A stretch of 57,819 bases of DNA from an uncultured Anaerolineaceae bacterium. Lineage in GTDB: Bacteria; Chloroflexota; Limnocylindria; Limnocylindrales; CSP1-4. The notes under the pieces are model-generated. The model made no database searches, had not been told where the DNA came from, and saw only the letters and a program-made list of their open reading frames with translations. Location: the NCBI GenBank assembly GCA_964393345.1, contig CAYMTJ010000008.1, positions 8,574 to 66,392 of the forward strand, read 5' to 3'. The position numbers and the translations under genes are program-made. Positions 45,889 to 55,880 of the stretch are shown in pieces. Positions within the stretch are counted from its first letter, which is position 1, and each line of letters opens with the position of its first letter.

Positions 45889-47373
45889 TCAGAGCCGGTG
45901 GAACGTCGTCGCCAGGGCCGGGTAGAGCTCGCGATAGCGGTCGTGTGCCGCCGCGTAGGTGTCCCGGTCCGGTCCCGGGGTCGCGGCGACCGTCGCATGG
46001 ACGAGCCCGGCTGAGGCGGCCTCGACCGTCGGGAACCACCCCGCCCCGACCGCCGCGAGCAGGCCGGCCCCGTACGCTGCCCCCTCCGACGTGCTGACCG
46101 TGGCGACCTCGGCATCGAGGACGTCGGCGAGGATCCCCCGCCACAGGGCGCTCGCCGTCCCGCCGCCCGAGGCACGGATCTGCGATGGCCGCGGCATGCC
46201 CGCGGCGATCATCTGGTCGAGCCCGTCGCGGAGACCGAAAGCCACGCCCTCGAGGACGGCGCGGGTCAGGTGTCGGCGGTCGTGCGCGACGGTCAGGCCC
46301 ACGAAGGCGCCGCGCGCCAGCGGATCCGGGTGCGGGCTGCGCTCACCGGTCAGATAGGGGAGGAACAGGAGGCCGTCGCTTCCCGCGGCGACCTCCCCGG
46401 CCGACGCCACGAGCGCCGCGAACTCGACGCCGGCCGCGAGTGCATCCCGGAACCAGCGCAGGCTGCCGGCCGCGGACAGCATCACGGTCATCATGTGCCA
46501 GCGACCGGGGACGGCGTGGCAGAAGGCGTGGACCTGGCCGTGCGGGTCGCGCAGCGGCCGGTCGGTCGTCGCGAAGATCACGCCCGAGGTCCCGAGCGAC
46601 AGCGCGACGACCCCGGGCGTCACGGCTCCGACGCCGACGGCGTTGGCCGCCTGGTCGCCGCCGCCGGCGATCACCGGGGTCCCGGCACGCAACCCCGTGG
46701 CGGCGGCCGCGTCGCGCGTCAGCGCGCCGGTCACGACCGGTCCCTCGTGGGTCGGCGGCAGCCATGCCGGGTCGATCCCGAGGCCGTCGAGGATCGCGGG
46801 CGACCAGTCCCGGGCCGCGAGGTCGAACAGGATCGTCCCCGAGCCGTCCGCCTTGTCGATCGCGTATTCCCCGGTGAGCCGCAGCCGGACGAAGTCCTTC
46901 GGCAGGAGGACATGCGCGACCGACGCCCACACATCCGGTTCGTGGTCGCGCACCCAGACCAGCTTGGGCGCCGTGAACCCGGGGAGGGCGTCATTCCCGG
47001 TGATCGCGACCAGCCGGTCCGCGCCGATGCGCTCGCGGATCGCATCGCACGCCTCGCCCGTGCGCTGGTCGTTCCACAGGATGGCCGGCCGGAGCACGTT
47101 GCCGGCCGCGTCCAGCAGGACGAGGCCATGCATCTGACCGGTCAGCCCGACGGCGACGACCTCGTCCGCGCCGACGCCGCTGGTTCGCAGGACCGATCCG
47201 ACGGCCTCGATCGTCCCGGACCACCACACCTCCGGCGACTGCTCGCTCCAGCGTGGCTGCGGCACGTCGTAGGCGTACTCGGCCATGCCGATACCCGCGA
47301 CCGCACCGGTCTCGTCGATGAGGACCGCCTTGGTCGCCGTGGTCGAGACATCGATCCCGAGGACGAACCGCAC
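45889..47373 (-). CDS. xylB: xylulokinase
   Basis: The GTG start gives VRFVLGIDVSTTATKAVL... FGGY motifs GLTGQMHGLVLLD and ILWNDQR. It lies 7 nt after the xylA stop. The longer track ORF is read-through. Confidence 0.88.
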   Translation of the reverse strand: MRFVLGIDVSTTATKAVLIDETGAVAGIGMAEYAYDVPQPRWSEQSPEVWWSGTIEAVGSVLRTSGVGADEVVAVGLTGQMHGLVLLDAAGNVLRPAILWNDQRTGEACDAIRERIGADRLVAITGNDALPGFTAPKLVWVRDHEPDVWASVAHVLLPKDFVRLRLTGEYAIDKADGSGTILFDLAARDWSPAILDGLGIDPAWLPPTHEGPVVTGALTRDAAAATGLRAGTPVIAGGGDQAANAVGVGAVTPGVVALSLGTSGVIFATTDRPLRDPHGQVHAFCHAVPGRWHMMTVMLSAAGSLRWFRDALAAGVEFAALVASAGEVAAGSDGLLFLPYLTGERSPHPDPLARGAFVGLTVAHDRRHLTRAVLEGVAFGLRDGLDQMIAAGMPRPSQIRASGGGTASALWRGILADVLDAEVATVSTSEGAAYGAGLLAAVGAGWFPTVEAASAGLVHATVAATPGPDRDTYAAAHDRYRELYPALATTFHRL

Positions 47374-47380
47374 GCGACGA

Positions 47381-48748
47381 TCAGCGACCGGCGCCGGACG
47401 TGCCCCGCGGACCGGCATCCACGGCCCAGATGTGCTGGTTGACGACGTTCTCGAGGCGCTCCTGGCCGCCCGACCGCGGCTTGGGGTCGATGCCGCCGTC
47501 GAGGACCGCGCGCTCCAGGTCGGCCAGCGACGTCGACCCGGCGCTGATCGACGCCCCCAGGCCGGTCGCCCAGCCCGCGTAACGCGCGTCGCGGTCGCGC
47601 TCCAGCGACCCGTCCTCGAGCATCGACGCGGCCACGAGGAGCGAGCGGGCCAGGGTGTCGATGCCGCCGATGTGCGCGTGGAACAGGTCGGTCCGATCGA
47701 GGCTCTGGCGGCGCAGCTTCGTGTCGAAGTTGAAGCCGCCGGTCGTGAACCCGCCGCCACGCAGGATCTCGTAGACCGCGAGCGACAGCTCATCCACCGA
47801 ATTGGGGAACTGGTCCGTGTCCCAGCCGTTCTGGGGATCGCCACGGTTGGCGTCGATGCTCCCGAAGAGGTCGTGGCTCATCGCATAGGCCACCTCGTGA
47901 TGGAAGCTGTGACCGGCGAGCGTGGCGTGATTGACCTCGAGGTTGGTCCGGTATTCGCCTTCGAGCCCGTGGCGGGCCAGGAAGCCCTGGACCGTGGCCC
48001 CGTCGTAGTCGTACTGGTGCTTCGTGGGCTCCTGCGGCTTCGGCTCGAGCAGCAGCGTGCCCGTGAACCCGATCCGGTGCTTGTGCTCCGCCACGAGACC
48101 CAGGAACCGGGCGAGGTTGGCCTCTTCGCGTGCGAGGTCCGTGTTCAGGAGCGTCTCGTAGCCCTCGCGGCCACCCCACAGGACGTAGTTGGCGCCGCCG
48201 AGCCGGTGCGTCGCCTCGAGCACGGTCTTGACCTGGGCCGCGGCGTAGGCGAAGACCTCCGGATCCGGGTTCGTCGCCGCGCCGGCGGCATAGCGCGGGT
48301 GGCTGAACAGGTTCGCGGTGCCCCACAACAGCCGGATCCCCGTCCGTGCCTGGTGCGCCTCGGCCTGGTCGATCATCGCCGCGAGGTTCGCGTTCGACTC
48401 GGCGAGCGTGGCACCCTCCGGCGCGATGTCGCGGTCGTGGAAGCAGTAGAACGGGACGCCGAGCTTGTCGACGAACTCGAACGCGGCCTCGAGCTTGGCT
48501 CGGGCGGCAACCATCGGCTCCACGCCGGGCTGGAGCCAGGGCCGGTCGAAGGTGCCGGACCCGAACACGTCGGAACCGGGCCAGTTGAACGAGTGCCAGA
48601 GGCAGACCGCGACGCGGAGGTGGTCCTCCATGCGCTTCCCGAGCACGAGGCGGTCCGGTTCGTACACGCGATAGGCCAGCGGATCGGTGGCACCGAGCCC
48701 GCCGAACGGGATGCGGCCGGTCACGTCGGTGAAGAAGCCCTCGGGCAC
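47381..48748 (-). CDS. xylA: xylose isomerase
   Basis: [53 protein letters not shown] at 48748 lies 6 nt after AGGAGG. An alternative ATG lies at 48787. Confidence 0.92.
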   Translation of the reverse strand: MPEGFFTDVTGRIPFGGLGATDPLAYRVYEPDRLVLGKRMEDHLRVAVCLWHSFNWPGSDVFGSGTFDRPWLQPGVEPMVAARAKLEAAFEFVDKLGVPFYCFHDRDIAPEGATLAESNANLAAMIDQAEAHQARTGIRLLWGTANLFSHPRYAAGAATNPDPEVFAYAAAQVKTVLEATHRLGGANYVLWGGREGYETLLNTDLAREEANLARFLGLVAEHKHRIGFTGTLLLEPKPQEPTKHQYDYDGATVQGFLARHGLEGEYRTNLEVNHATLAGHSFHHEVAYAMSHDLFGSIDANRGDPQNGWDTDQFPNSVDELSLAVYEILRGGGFTTGGFNFDTKLRRQSLDRTDLFHAHIGGIDTLARSLLVAASMLEDGSLERDRDARYAGWATGLGASISAGSTSLADLERAVLDGGIDPKPRSGGQERLENVVNQHIWAVDAGPRGTSGAGR

Positions 48749-48789
48749 GGCTGGCCTCCTGCCTGTCGATGGATCGTCACTAAGCATAC

Positions 48790-48814
48790 GGTTTGTGCCA
48801 GGGCAGAACAAACC
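48790..48814. promoter_or_regulatory. candidate XylR/ROK operator, inverted repeat GGTTTGT-N11-ACAAACC
   Basis: Perfect 7-bp arms read 42-66 nt upstream of the xylA start in an otherwise GC-rich spacer. Confidence 0.45.
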
Positions 48815-48906
48815 GCGGCGAGCCCGATGATCCGGTGCCGCGGGCGATGGAGCTGCAGCGAGGGAGACGACGCAGGTCGTCATGTCCTGGCGACCGGACC
48901 TCGTCC

Positions 48907-49926
48907 TCAGGCCCGGGTGACCCCACCCATCGGGATCTGCTGCGTGATGCAGTGCGGTCCACCGCCCCCGTACGCCAACGCGGCGCCAGGGACGCCGACG
49001 ATCGTCCGGTCGGGGTAGACAGCGGCGAGGAAAGCCAGGACGTGGTCCTCGCTCGCGTCGCCCGTGGTCGGGACGATCACGGCGCCGTTGGCGAGGTAGT
49101 GGTTGGCGTAGGAGACCCCGGAGGCTGCCGCCGGGTCCAGGACCGTGACCTCGAGCGTGCGCCCCGCCGCGTCGGTCGCCGCGCCGAGTCGCGCCAGGTT
49201 GGCCTGGCTCGACGCGAACTCCGAGGACGCTCGATCCGCCGGGGCCTCGAGCAGGACGCGACCCGGCGCGAGGTACTGAGCGACCCCGTCGACGTGGCCA
49301 TCGGTCCCCTCGGGCCCGACATCGAGGCTGTGGCCGAACGGCAGCCAGATGACCTTCGTCGCGCCGAGGAAGTCCCGCAGGCCACGCTCGATCTCAGCGC
49401 GCGTCATCGTGGGGTTGCGGTTCTTGTTAAGCAGGCACTGCTCGGTGGTGAGCAGGGTGCCTTCCCCGTCCGTCAGGATCGCCCCGCCCTCCAGGACGAA
49501 CGGGGCGACGAACAGTGGCATCCCGAGGTGCTCCGCGATCCGATCCGGCAGCCGCGCGTCGTCGTCGTACGGATGCCAGCGCTCCCCCCAGGCGTTGAAC
49601 CGGAACTTCACCGCCGCCACGTTGCCCGAGCCGTCGCGGACGAAGATCGGCCCGCTGTCGCGGGCCCACGAGTCGTTGATCGGGATCTCGAGGACCTCGA
49701 CACCGGAGCCGCACATGTCACGGACTTCGGCGGCGGCGCCGGGGACGCACGCCATCAGGACGGGCTCGAAGTCGGCGATCGCGCGCGCCACGACCGCGTA
49801 GTCGTGCTTGGCTTCCTCGAACCGACCGCCCCAGAGGTCGCGCCGGGTCGGCCAGGCCATGAGGCAGCCAGCGTGCGGTTCCCACTCGGCGGGCATCGCG
49901 TACCCGCCGGCCGCCGGGGTGGTCAC
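48907..49926 (-). CDS. aguA: agmatine deiminase (peptidyl-arginine deiminase superfamily)
   Basis: [48 protein letters not shown], and C-terminal [11 protein letters not shown]. The start is either the GTG at 49926 or the ATG at 49896. Confidence 0.85.
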   Translation of the reverse strand: MTTPAAGGYAMPAEWEPHAGCLMAWPTRRDLWGGRFEEAKHDYAVVARAIADFEPVLMACVPGAAAEVRDMCGSGVEVLEIPINDSWARDSGPIFVRDGSGNVAAVKFRFNAWGERWHPYDDDARLPDRIAEHLGMPLFVAPFVLEGGAILTDGEGTLLTTEQCLLNKNRNPTMTRAEIERGLRDFLGATKVIWLPFGHSLDVGPEGTDGHVDGVAQYLAPGRVLLEAPADRASSEFASSQANLARLGAATDAAGRTLEVTVLDPAAASGVSYANHYLANGAVIVPTTGDASEDHVLAFLAAVYPDRTIVGVPGAALAYGGGGPHCITQQIPMGGVTRA

Positions 49927-49998
49927 GGGCGCGGGGCGCTGACGGCGGGACGCATGGCGGGCATAGGCGGACGATATCCTACGTTCGGAGGTGGCCGA

Positions 49999-50604
49999 AT
50001 GCGGCTCGGGCCGACCGAACAGGGACGGTTGCTCGTCTTCCAGGTCGCAGAGCTGGCTCGGCGGCATCGGGCGCTCGGCCTGCCGCTCGACGCTCCGGAG
50101 GCGATCGCCCTGGCCTGCGACGAGATGCACCTCGCCGCCCGAGCCGGCGGCACGTTCGACGAGGTCGTCGCCGCCGGGATGGCCGCCGTCGCCGCCGACG
50201 AGCTGCTCCCAGGCGTGGCCGCCCTGGTCGCCGAGATCCGGGTGGAGGTCGCGCTGGACGAGGGGTCTCGCCTGATCGTCCTGCGCGGGCTCGGTGCCCC
50301 GGCGGCGTCGGACGCGGACGAGCCAGGGGCGTTCGTCGTCGCGCCGGGATCGGTCACGATCAACGCGCACCTGACGGGGTTCGAGCTCGAGGTCACGAAC
50401 GAGTCGGACCACCCGGTGCGCGTCTCCTCGCACTACCCATTCGACCGCGTGAACCCGCGGCTGCGGTTCGACCGAGCGGCCGCCCGCGGTGCCCGCCTGG
50501 ACCTGCCGGCCGGTGACACGCTCCGCTGGGCCCCGGGTGAGACCCGCCTCGTGCGCCTCGTCCGGGTCCACGCCCAGGCCGCGCCGGCGGAGGAGCGGAC
50601 CTGA
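49999..50604 (+). CDS. ureAB: urease gamma-beta fused subunit
   Basis: ATG lies after GGAGGTGG. The gamma part is MRLGPTEQGRLLVFQVAELARRH...EIRVEVALDEGSRLIVL. The beta part is ...ELEVTNESDHPVRVSSHYPFDRVNPRLRFDR. TGATG junction with ureC. Confidence 0.85.
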   Translation: MRLGPTEQGRLLVFQVAELARRHRALGLPLDAPEAIALACDEMHLAARAGGTFDEVVAAGMAAVAADELLPGVAALVAEIRVEVALDEGSRLIVLRGLGAPAASDADEPGAFVVAPGSVTINAHLTGFELEVTNESDHPVRVSSHYPFDRVNPRLRFDRAAARGARLDLPAGDTLRWAPGETRLVRLVRVHAQAAPAEERT

Positions 50605-52337
50605 TGCCGTTCTCCATGTCCCGGGCCGAGTACGCGCGTCGCTACGGCCCCACGAGCGGTGACCGCGTCCGCCTGGCCGACACGAACCTGTGGGTCGAGG
50701 TGGAGGCCGACCACGTCGGCTACGGCGACGAACCGCTCTGGGGGTACGGCAAGAACATCCGCTCGCGGATGACGCAGTCCGATCGGTCCACCGGCCCGAG
50801 CGAGCTGGACGTCCTCATCGCCGGCGTCCTCGTCCTGGACCCGTTCCTGGGCGTCGTCAAGACCAACATCGGGATCAAGGAGGGCCGGATCGTCGGGATC
50901 GGCCGGGCGGGCAATCCGGATCTCACGAACGCGATCGAGTTGACGATCGGCCCGAACACCCTCCCGATCATGGCGTACGGCCTCATCGCGACGGCCGGTG
51001 CCGTAGACAGTCACGTCCACCTCCTCACCCCGAACCTCGTCCCCGTCGCGCTCGGTGCCGGCGTGACGACGCTGATCACGGCGGGGTTCGAGGAACCGCC
51101 CATGGCGATGGGCATCACGATGCAGGCGTTCGAAGGCCTGCCGGTCAATCTCGGCCTCCAGGCGAGTGCCCGGACGGATCGGCCGGGCGCCGTCGAGCGG
51201 GTCATCGAGGCGGGCGCGATCGGGCTCAAGATCCACGAGGACTGGGGTGCCTACCCCGAGGTCATCGACGCCACCCTGACGCAGGCGGACGCCAGCGACG
51301 TCGCGGTGTGCCTCCACACCGATTCGCTCAACGAATCCGCGCAGCTCAGCGACACCGTGGCCGCGATCGACGGGCGAGCGATCCATGCGTATCACGTCGA
51401 GGGCACGGGCGGCGGCCACATCCCCGATGTGCTCGGCCTCGTGGCGGAACCGAACATCGTCTGCTCCTCGACCACGCCGACGATCCCGTTCGGGACGGCG
51501 ACGGCCCGTGAGCACGTCGAGATGATCCTGGCGGTCCACGGCGGCGATCCGGCCAACGAGGCGGACGTAGGGGCGGCCGGCGAGCGCGTCCGCGAGACCA
51601 CGATGGCGGCGGAAGGCCCCCTCCACGAGCTCGGCGCCATCTCGATCATCAACAGCGACTCGCAGGGCATGGGGCGGATCGGCGAGACCATCCGCCGCAC
51701 GTTCCAGCTGGCGCACCTGATGAAGGCGTGGCGCGGGACCGAGGCCGGAGCGGGGCTCCCCGGCGCCCCCGGCATCTCGCACCCGCTCGCCGCCCCGCGA
51801 CCCGCGGTCGAGCCGGCCGACAACGCACGGGTCCTTCGCTATCTCGCCAAGGTCACCGCGGAACCGGCGATCGTGCACGGGATCGCGGCGGATGTGGGCT
51901 CGCTGCTGCCGGGGCGGATGGCCGACATCGTGCTCTGGTCAGCGGGCAGCTTCGGGGTGAAGCCCTCGCTGGTCCTCAAGGCCGGCCACGTCGCCTGGGG
52001 ACCCCTCGGCGAGGGGAACGCCAGCATCGAAGGCGCGGAGCCGGTCATCGTCGGACCGCACTGGGCAGCCCTCGGTGCGGCGGCCGCGACCGTATCGACG
52101 ACCTTCGTTTCCCAAGCCGCCTTCGACGCTGGGATCCGCGGTCGCCTGGGCAGTCAGCGCCGGTTCGCGCCGATCGGCAGGACCCGCGACGTCCGCCGGA
52201 CGTCGCTCCTCGCCAACACCGCCGTGGCGCCGGTCGGCATCGACCCGGCCGATGGTGTCGTTCGCCTGGACGGGCGCGCGATCGCGTCGGCGCCGACCCG
52301 CGAGGTCCCGATGAACGCGCGCTACCTGCTCCGCTGA
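50604..52337 (+). CDS. ureC: urease alpha subunit
   Basis: YGPTSGDRVRLADTNLWVEVE, VDSHVHLL, GLKIHEDWGA, LHTDSLNES, HAYHVEGTGGGHIPD, NSDSQGMGR. All nickel-ligand motifs are present. Confidence 0.9.
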   Translation: MPFSMSRAEYARRYGPTSGDRVRLADTNLWVEVEADHVGYGDEPLWGYGKNIRSRMTQSDRSTGPSELDVLIAGVLVLDPFLGVVKTNIGIKEGRIVGIGRAGNPDLTNAIELTIGPNTLPIMAYGLIATAGAVDSHVHLLTPNLVPVALGAGVTTLITAGFEEPPMAMGITMQAFEGLPVNLGLQASARTDRPGAVERVIEAGAIGLKIHEDWGAYPEVIDATLTQADASDVAVCLHTDSLNESAQLSDTVAAIDGRAIHAYHVEGTGGGHIPDVLGLVAEPNIVCSSTTPTIPFGTATAREHVEMILAVHGGDPANEADVGAAGERVRETTMAAEGPLHELGAISIINSDSQGMGRIGETIRRTFQLAHLMKAWRGTEAGAGLPGAPGISHPLAAPRPAVEPADNARVLRYLAKVTAEPAIVHGIAADVGSLLPGRMADIVLWSAGSFGVKPSLVLKAGHVAWGPLGEGNASIEGAEPVIVGPHWAALGAAAATVSTTFVSQAAFDAGIRGRLGSQRRFAPIGRTRDVRRTSLLANTAVAPVGIDPADGVVRLDGRAIASAPTREVPMNARYLLR

Positions 52338-52365
52338 CCAGCCCTGGTGGGCGGCGCGCCGCCGA

Positions 52366-53220
52366 TCACCAGGTCAACCGCACCGACGCGGTCACCGGAC
52401 GGCCGGGTGCAGCGACCCGTAACCCCGTGTCGTCGATTCCGTCGTGCGCCAGCCGGACGGCGTCCGGCCACGCGGTCTGCGGCTCGACGCACAGGCCACC
52501 CGGCCGGGAGTGGACGACCATCGTGGTCACGGCCGCGTCACCGGCGATGGTCATCGTCAGGTCCGCCCAGGACACGACCGCCGTTGGTCGTGGGAGGCGC
52601 ACGTAGGCGTGGTCGAGCGCCCGATCGCCGATGACGGCGAGGCGCCGGAGGTCCGTACGATCGTCGAGGTCGATGACGCGGCCGGTCGGGATGAGGTCGG
52701 CGCTCGTCTCCAGGACACCGCCGGCCGGGACCCGGGCGCGGATCGGCTCATCCGGCTCGTGGCGGAACCACGGATGCCAGCCGATCGCGGCGGGCGTGCG
52801 TTCATCGGCCTCGATCGTGGCCGTCAGCGTCAGCGAGCGATCTCGGAGCGCCATCGACTGCCGCACGCGGCCGCGGAACGGCCAGCGGTCCGGGTCGAAC
52901 TCGACCGAAAGGTCGATGTCGCCCTCTGCCTGACGTTCGACCTGCCATGGTCGATCGAAGACCGCGCCGTGGATGGCGTGGCGACCATGATTCCTGGGAA
53001 GGTCGGTCACGGTGCCATCCCACCGCAGCACGCCGTCCTTGACCCGCCCCACCCATGGGGCCATCAGGAAGCAGCCCCAGGCCATGGTGGGCGGATCGAC
53101 CCCCGGCATCGGGACCGTGACCAGCCGCTCCCGACCGCTCACCACCAGGGATGCGAGGCGCCCACCGGCATCGGCGTCGATCGTCGCGCTGGCGCCGGGG
53201 ACGACGAGTCGGTGGGTCAT
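52366..53220 (-). CDS. aldose 1-epimerase family protein
   Basis: 284 aa with GWHPWF and a galactose-mutarotase-like pattern (LMAPWVGRV, HGAVFDRPW). Confidence 0.75.
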   Translation of the reverse strand: MTHRLVVPGASATIDADAGGRLASLVVSGRERLVTVPMPGVDPPTMAWGCFLMAPWVGRVKDGVLRWDGTVTDLPRNHGRHAIHGAVFDRPWQVERQAEGDIDLSVEFDPDRWPFRGRVRQSMALRDRSLTLTATIEADERTPAAIGWHPWFRHEPDEPIRARVPAGGVLETSADLIPTGRVIDLDDRTDLRRLAVIGDRALDHAYVRLPRPTAVVSWADLTMTIAGDAAVTTMVVHSRPGGLCVEPQTAWPDAVRLAHDGIDDTGLRVAAPGRPVTASVRLTW

Positions 53221-53340
53221 GGGGGTCCATCATGGACCGGCCGTCACGGACGGGGGCGACGACCACGTGTCCATGCGGCCGGGTGACGATCCGTCCCTCC
53301 CATCCTCGGGCGATCGAGTCGGCACGCGATGATGGGCCGG

Positions 53341-53685
53341 TCAGAACATCCGACGGTTCACCAGGTCCATCGGGTCCTTCGGGCGACCCTCTTCCAGCGG
53401 GAACTCGATGTGGAGGTACTCGTCGGGGAGGGCGTCGGCGGCCTCGTCATCGGCCCCCGGGTCCACCTCGAGCGCTTCGACCGAGGCTCGATCGAGCGAC
53501 AGGTCGACCACCCCGTCCGACGCCTCGTTGATCTGATCACCGGGGATCCGATAGGTGTGGCGGATCAACGTCCCGTGGCGGACATCGATCGCGTTCGGCA
53601 GGACATCGGTGACCTCGCCGATCTCGTCCGCGCCGGCAAAGACCTTCCAGCCTTTCTGGACGTCGAGGATCGTGGGATGCGTCAT
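53341..53685 (-). CDS. hypothetical protein, PRC-barrel-like
   Basis: 114 aa. VFAGADEIGEVTDVLPNAIDVRHG...YRIPGDQI resembles PRC-barrel proteins. The family call is weak. Confidence 0.5.
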   Translation of the reverse strand: MTHPTILDVQKGWKVFAGADEIGEVTDVLPNAIDVRHGTLIRHTYRIPGDQINEASDGVVDLSLDRASVEALEVDPGADDEAADALPDEYLHIEFPLEEGRPKDPMDLVNRRMF

Positions 53686-53869
53686 GACGGGACTCCTTCC
53701 ATGTCACGAGGCTTCACCCTGCGCGCGACCCCGTTACGATGGCGACAACGCTGACGGCGCGGTCCCTTGCAGGCCCATCGCGGCTGAGGCGAGTCGTGGC
53801 GCAGCCGGCTTCGGACATCCCGGACTGGGATCGTGCCCTGCAGCCGGTCCGCCGAGAGGAGTCGCACCC

Positions 53870-54331
53870 ATGGCCCCGAAGCAAGGCTCGAGCACCCGAA
53901 ACGCCGCCGACGGCAAGGGCTTCACGGCCGAGGAAAAGGCCGCCATGCGCCAGCGCGCCAAGGAGATGAAGGCCGAGGCGCGCTCCCGCGACGCCCGCGC
54001 GGATGGCGAGCGCGACCTGCTCGCGGCCATCGAGGGGATGCCGGCGGGCGATCGCGCGATCGCCGAGCGCCTCCATGGCCTCATCATGGCCCGGCGCCCC
54101 GAACTCGCACCGAAGACCTGGTACGGGATGCCGGCGTGGGCGCTGGACGGCAAGGTGGTCTGCTTCTTCCAGCCCGCCGAGAAGTTCAAGTCCCGCTACG
54201 CGACCTTCGGCTTCAGTGACGAGGCGAGGATCGATGAGGGCACGATGTGGCCGACGTCGTTCGGCCTGACGACGCTCACGTCCGTCGACGAGGCACGGAT
54301 CGCCGCGCTCGTCGACAAGGCCGTTGGCTGA
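53870..54331 (+). CDS. DUF1801 (YdhG-like) domain protein
   Basis: ATG after GAGAGGAG. It has PKTWYGMPAWALDGKVVCFFQPAEKFKSRYATFGF. Confidence 0.72.
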   Translation: MAPKQGSSTRNAADGKGFTAEEKAAMRQRAKEMKAEARSRDARADGERDLLAAIEGMPAGDRAIAERLHGLIMARRPELAPKTWYGMPAWALDGKVVCFFQPAEKFKSRYATFGFSDEARIDEGTMWPTSFGLTTLTSVDEARIAALVDKAVG

Positions 54332-54397
54332 CGGACGGGTCGCCGACGTCGACCGCCCCGACGCTCCGCGCGACCGTCGCGCGATCGCGGCGCGCGC

Positions 54398-55789
54398 TCA
54401 GTCGGGTGGGATGTTGTGGTTGACTCGGAACAGGTTCTCGGGGTCGTACCGGCGCTTGACGGCGACCAGGCGCTCGTACTTCGCCGGTCCGTAGGCCGCC
54501 ACCGCCTTCGCCCGGGCATCGATCTCGTCATGACCCAGGAAGTTCACGTACTGGCCGGCCAGCGCGTACGGGCGCATCGCCTCGGACAGGCCCTTCACCC
54601 ACGCGGTCCGGTCCGCGTCCTCGGCCGCGTCCGCCCAGAAGCCGTAGGCGTTGAGCAGGTACTCGCCGGCACGGCTCGGGTACGCCGTCGCGTCCTCGGG
54701 CACGCGCCCGAATGCCCCGCCCATGTGATGGATGTCCACGGCGGTCCCATAGGTCTGGGCAGCGCACCACTCCGCGATCGTGTCGATCATCGGCGTGTCG
54801 AGGCGGTCGAACGAGGCATTCCGCCAGTACGCTCGTGAGCCCTTCGCCAGCGCGGCGTCGAAGGCAGACTGGAACGTCACCCAGCGGGTCGGATCCAGCA
54901 CGGCGACGTCCGCGGCGCAGGCATCCTGGATGCGCCGGATCACCGCCTCGCCGGCGGCCCGGTCATCGCCGGCCCAGGCGAAGCCCATCAGGAGCAGCAC
55001 GCGGTCTCCGAGCTCCCAGTCGGCCGGCGGGACGAGGAACGTCATCAGGACGCTCAACGCGTCGGGCAGGTCGGGCGCGAGGGCCGCGAAGGATGCCAGG
55101 GCCTCGCGCCAGCGCGGACGTTCGTAGACGAGGGTGCCCGCGAAGACGTCGTGGTCCAGCGGGTGGGCACGGAACGTGAACGAGCTGACGACGCCGAAGT
55201 TGCCGCCTCCGCCGCGGAGCCCCCAGAACAGGTCCGGGTGCTCGGTCTCGCTGGCCGTGACCTGGTCCCCGCCGGCGAGGACGACCTCGGCCGACACGAG
55301 GTTGTCGATGGTGAGGCCGTACCGGCGCACCAGCCAGCCCACGCCGCCGCCGAGGGTGAGGCCCGCCACGCCGGTCCCCGACACGACGCCGACCGGGACC
55401 ACCAGTCCGTGCGGCTCCGTCGCGCGGTCGATGTCGGCGAGCTTCGCACCGGGTCCCGTCCGGACCAGCCGGGCCCCGACGTCCACGTCGACCGAGTCGA
55501 GCCGGCCGAGGTCCAGGACGATGCCCCCATCGACGGTCCCGTTGCCAGCGACATTGTGGCCGCCGCCCCGGATGGCGAGCGGAAGGCCGGAGGTGCGGGC
55601 GACGGCGATCGTCGGGGCGATGTCGTCGGTCGTCGCGGCCTGGACGATGAGGTGCGGACGCCGATCGATCATCCCGTTCCAGACGCGGCGGGCCTCGTCG
55701 TACTCGTCGTGGCCGGTCGCGATGATGCGGCCGGCGACACGCCGGCTGAGCGAGGCGATGTCGGGGGCTGGGATCGGCGGCGTGGTCAC
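54398..55789 (-). CDS. FAD-linked oxidase with BBE C-terminal domain
   Basis: GTG start after AGGAGA. PCMH FAD-binding motifs IRGGGHNVAGN and GGVGWLVRRYGLTIDNL. BBE tail KRRYDPENLFRVNHNI. Confidence 0.85.
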   Translation of the reverse strand: MTTPPIPAPDIASLSRRVAGRIIATGHDEYDEARRVWNGMIDRRPHLIVQAATTDDIAPTIAVARTSGLPLAIRGGGHNVAGNGTVDGGIVLDLGRLDSVDVDVGARLVRTGPGAKLADIDRATEPHGLVVPVGVVSGTGVAGLTLGGGVGWLVRRYGLTIDNLVSAEVVLAGGDQVTASETEHPDLFWGLRGGGGNFGVVSSFTFRAHPLDHDVFAGTLVYERPRWREALASFAALAPDLPDALSVLMTFLVPPADWELGDRVLLLMGFAWAGDDRAAGEAVIRRIQDACAADVAVLDPTRWVTFQSAFDAALAKGSRAYWRNASFDRLDTPMIDTIAEWCAAQTYGTAVDIHHMGGAFGRVPEDATAYPSRAGEYLLNAYGFWADAAEDADRTAWVKGLSEAMRPYALAGQYVNFLGHDEIDARAKAVAAYGPAKYERLVAVKRRYDPENLFRVNHNIPPD

Positions 55790-55880
55790 GTGACTCTCCT
55801 GATGGCTCGCGGTTGCCCGTGCAGTGTGGCCCACGACGTGCCATGCTGGAAGTGCTAGAAACCACCAAAACGGGTCGAAA

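Noticed and set aside
52350-52363. 14-nt perfect palindrome GGCGGCGCGCCGCC in the 28-nt gap between the convergent ureC and aldose epimerase genes.
   Set aside because: As RNA it can form at most a 5-bp stem with a 4-nt loop. It may help termination, but it is too short to support a feature call.
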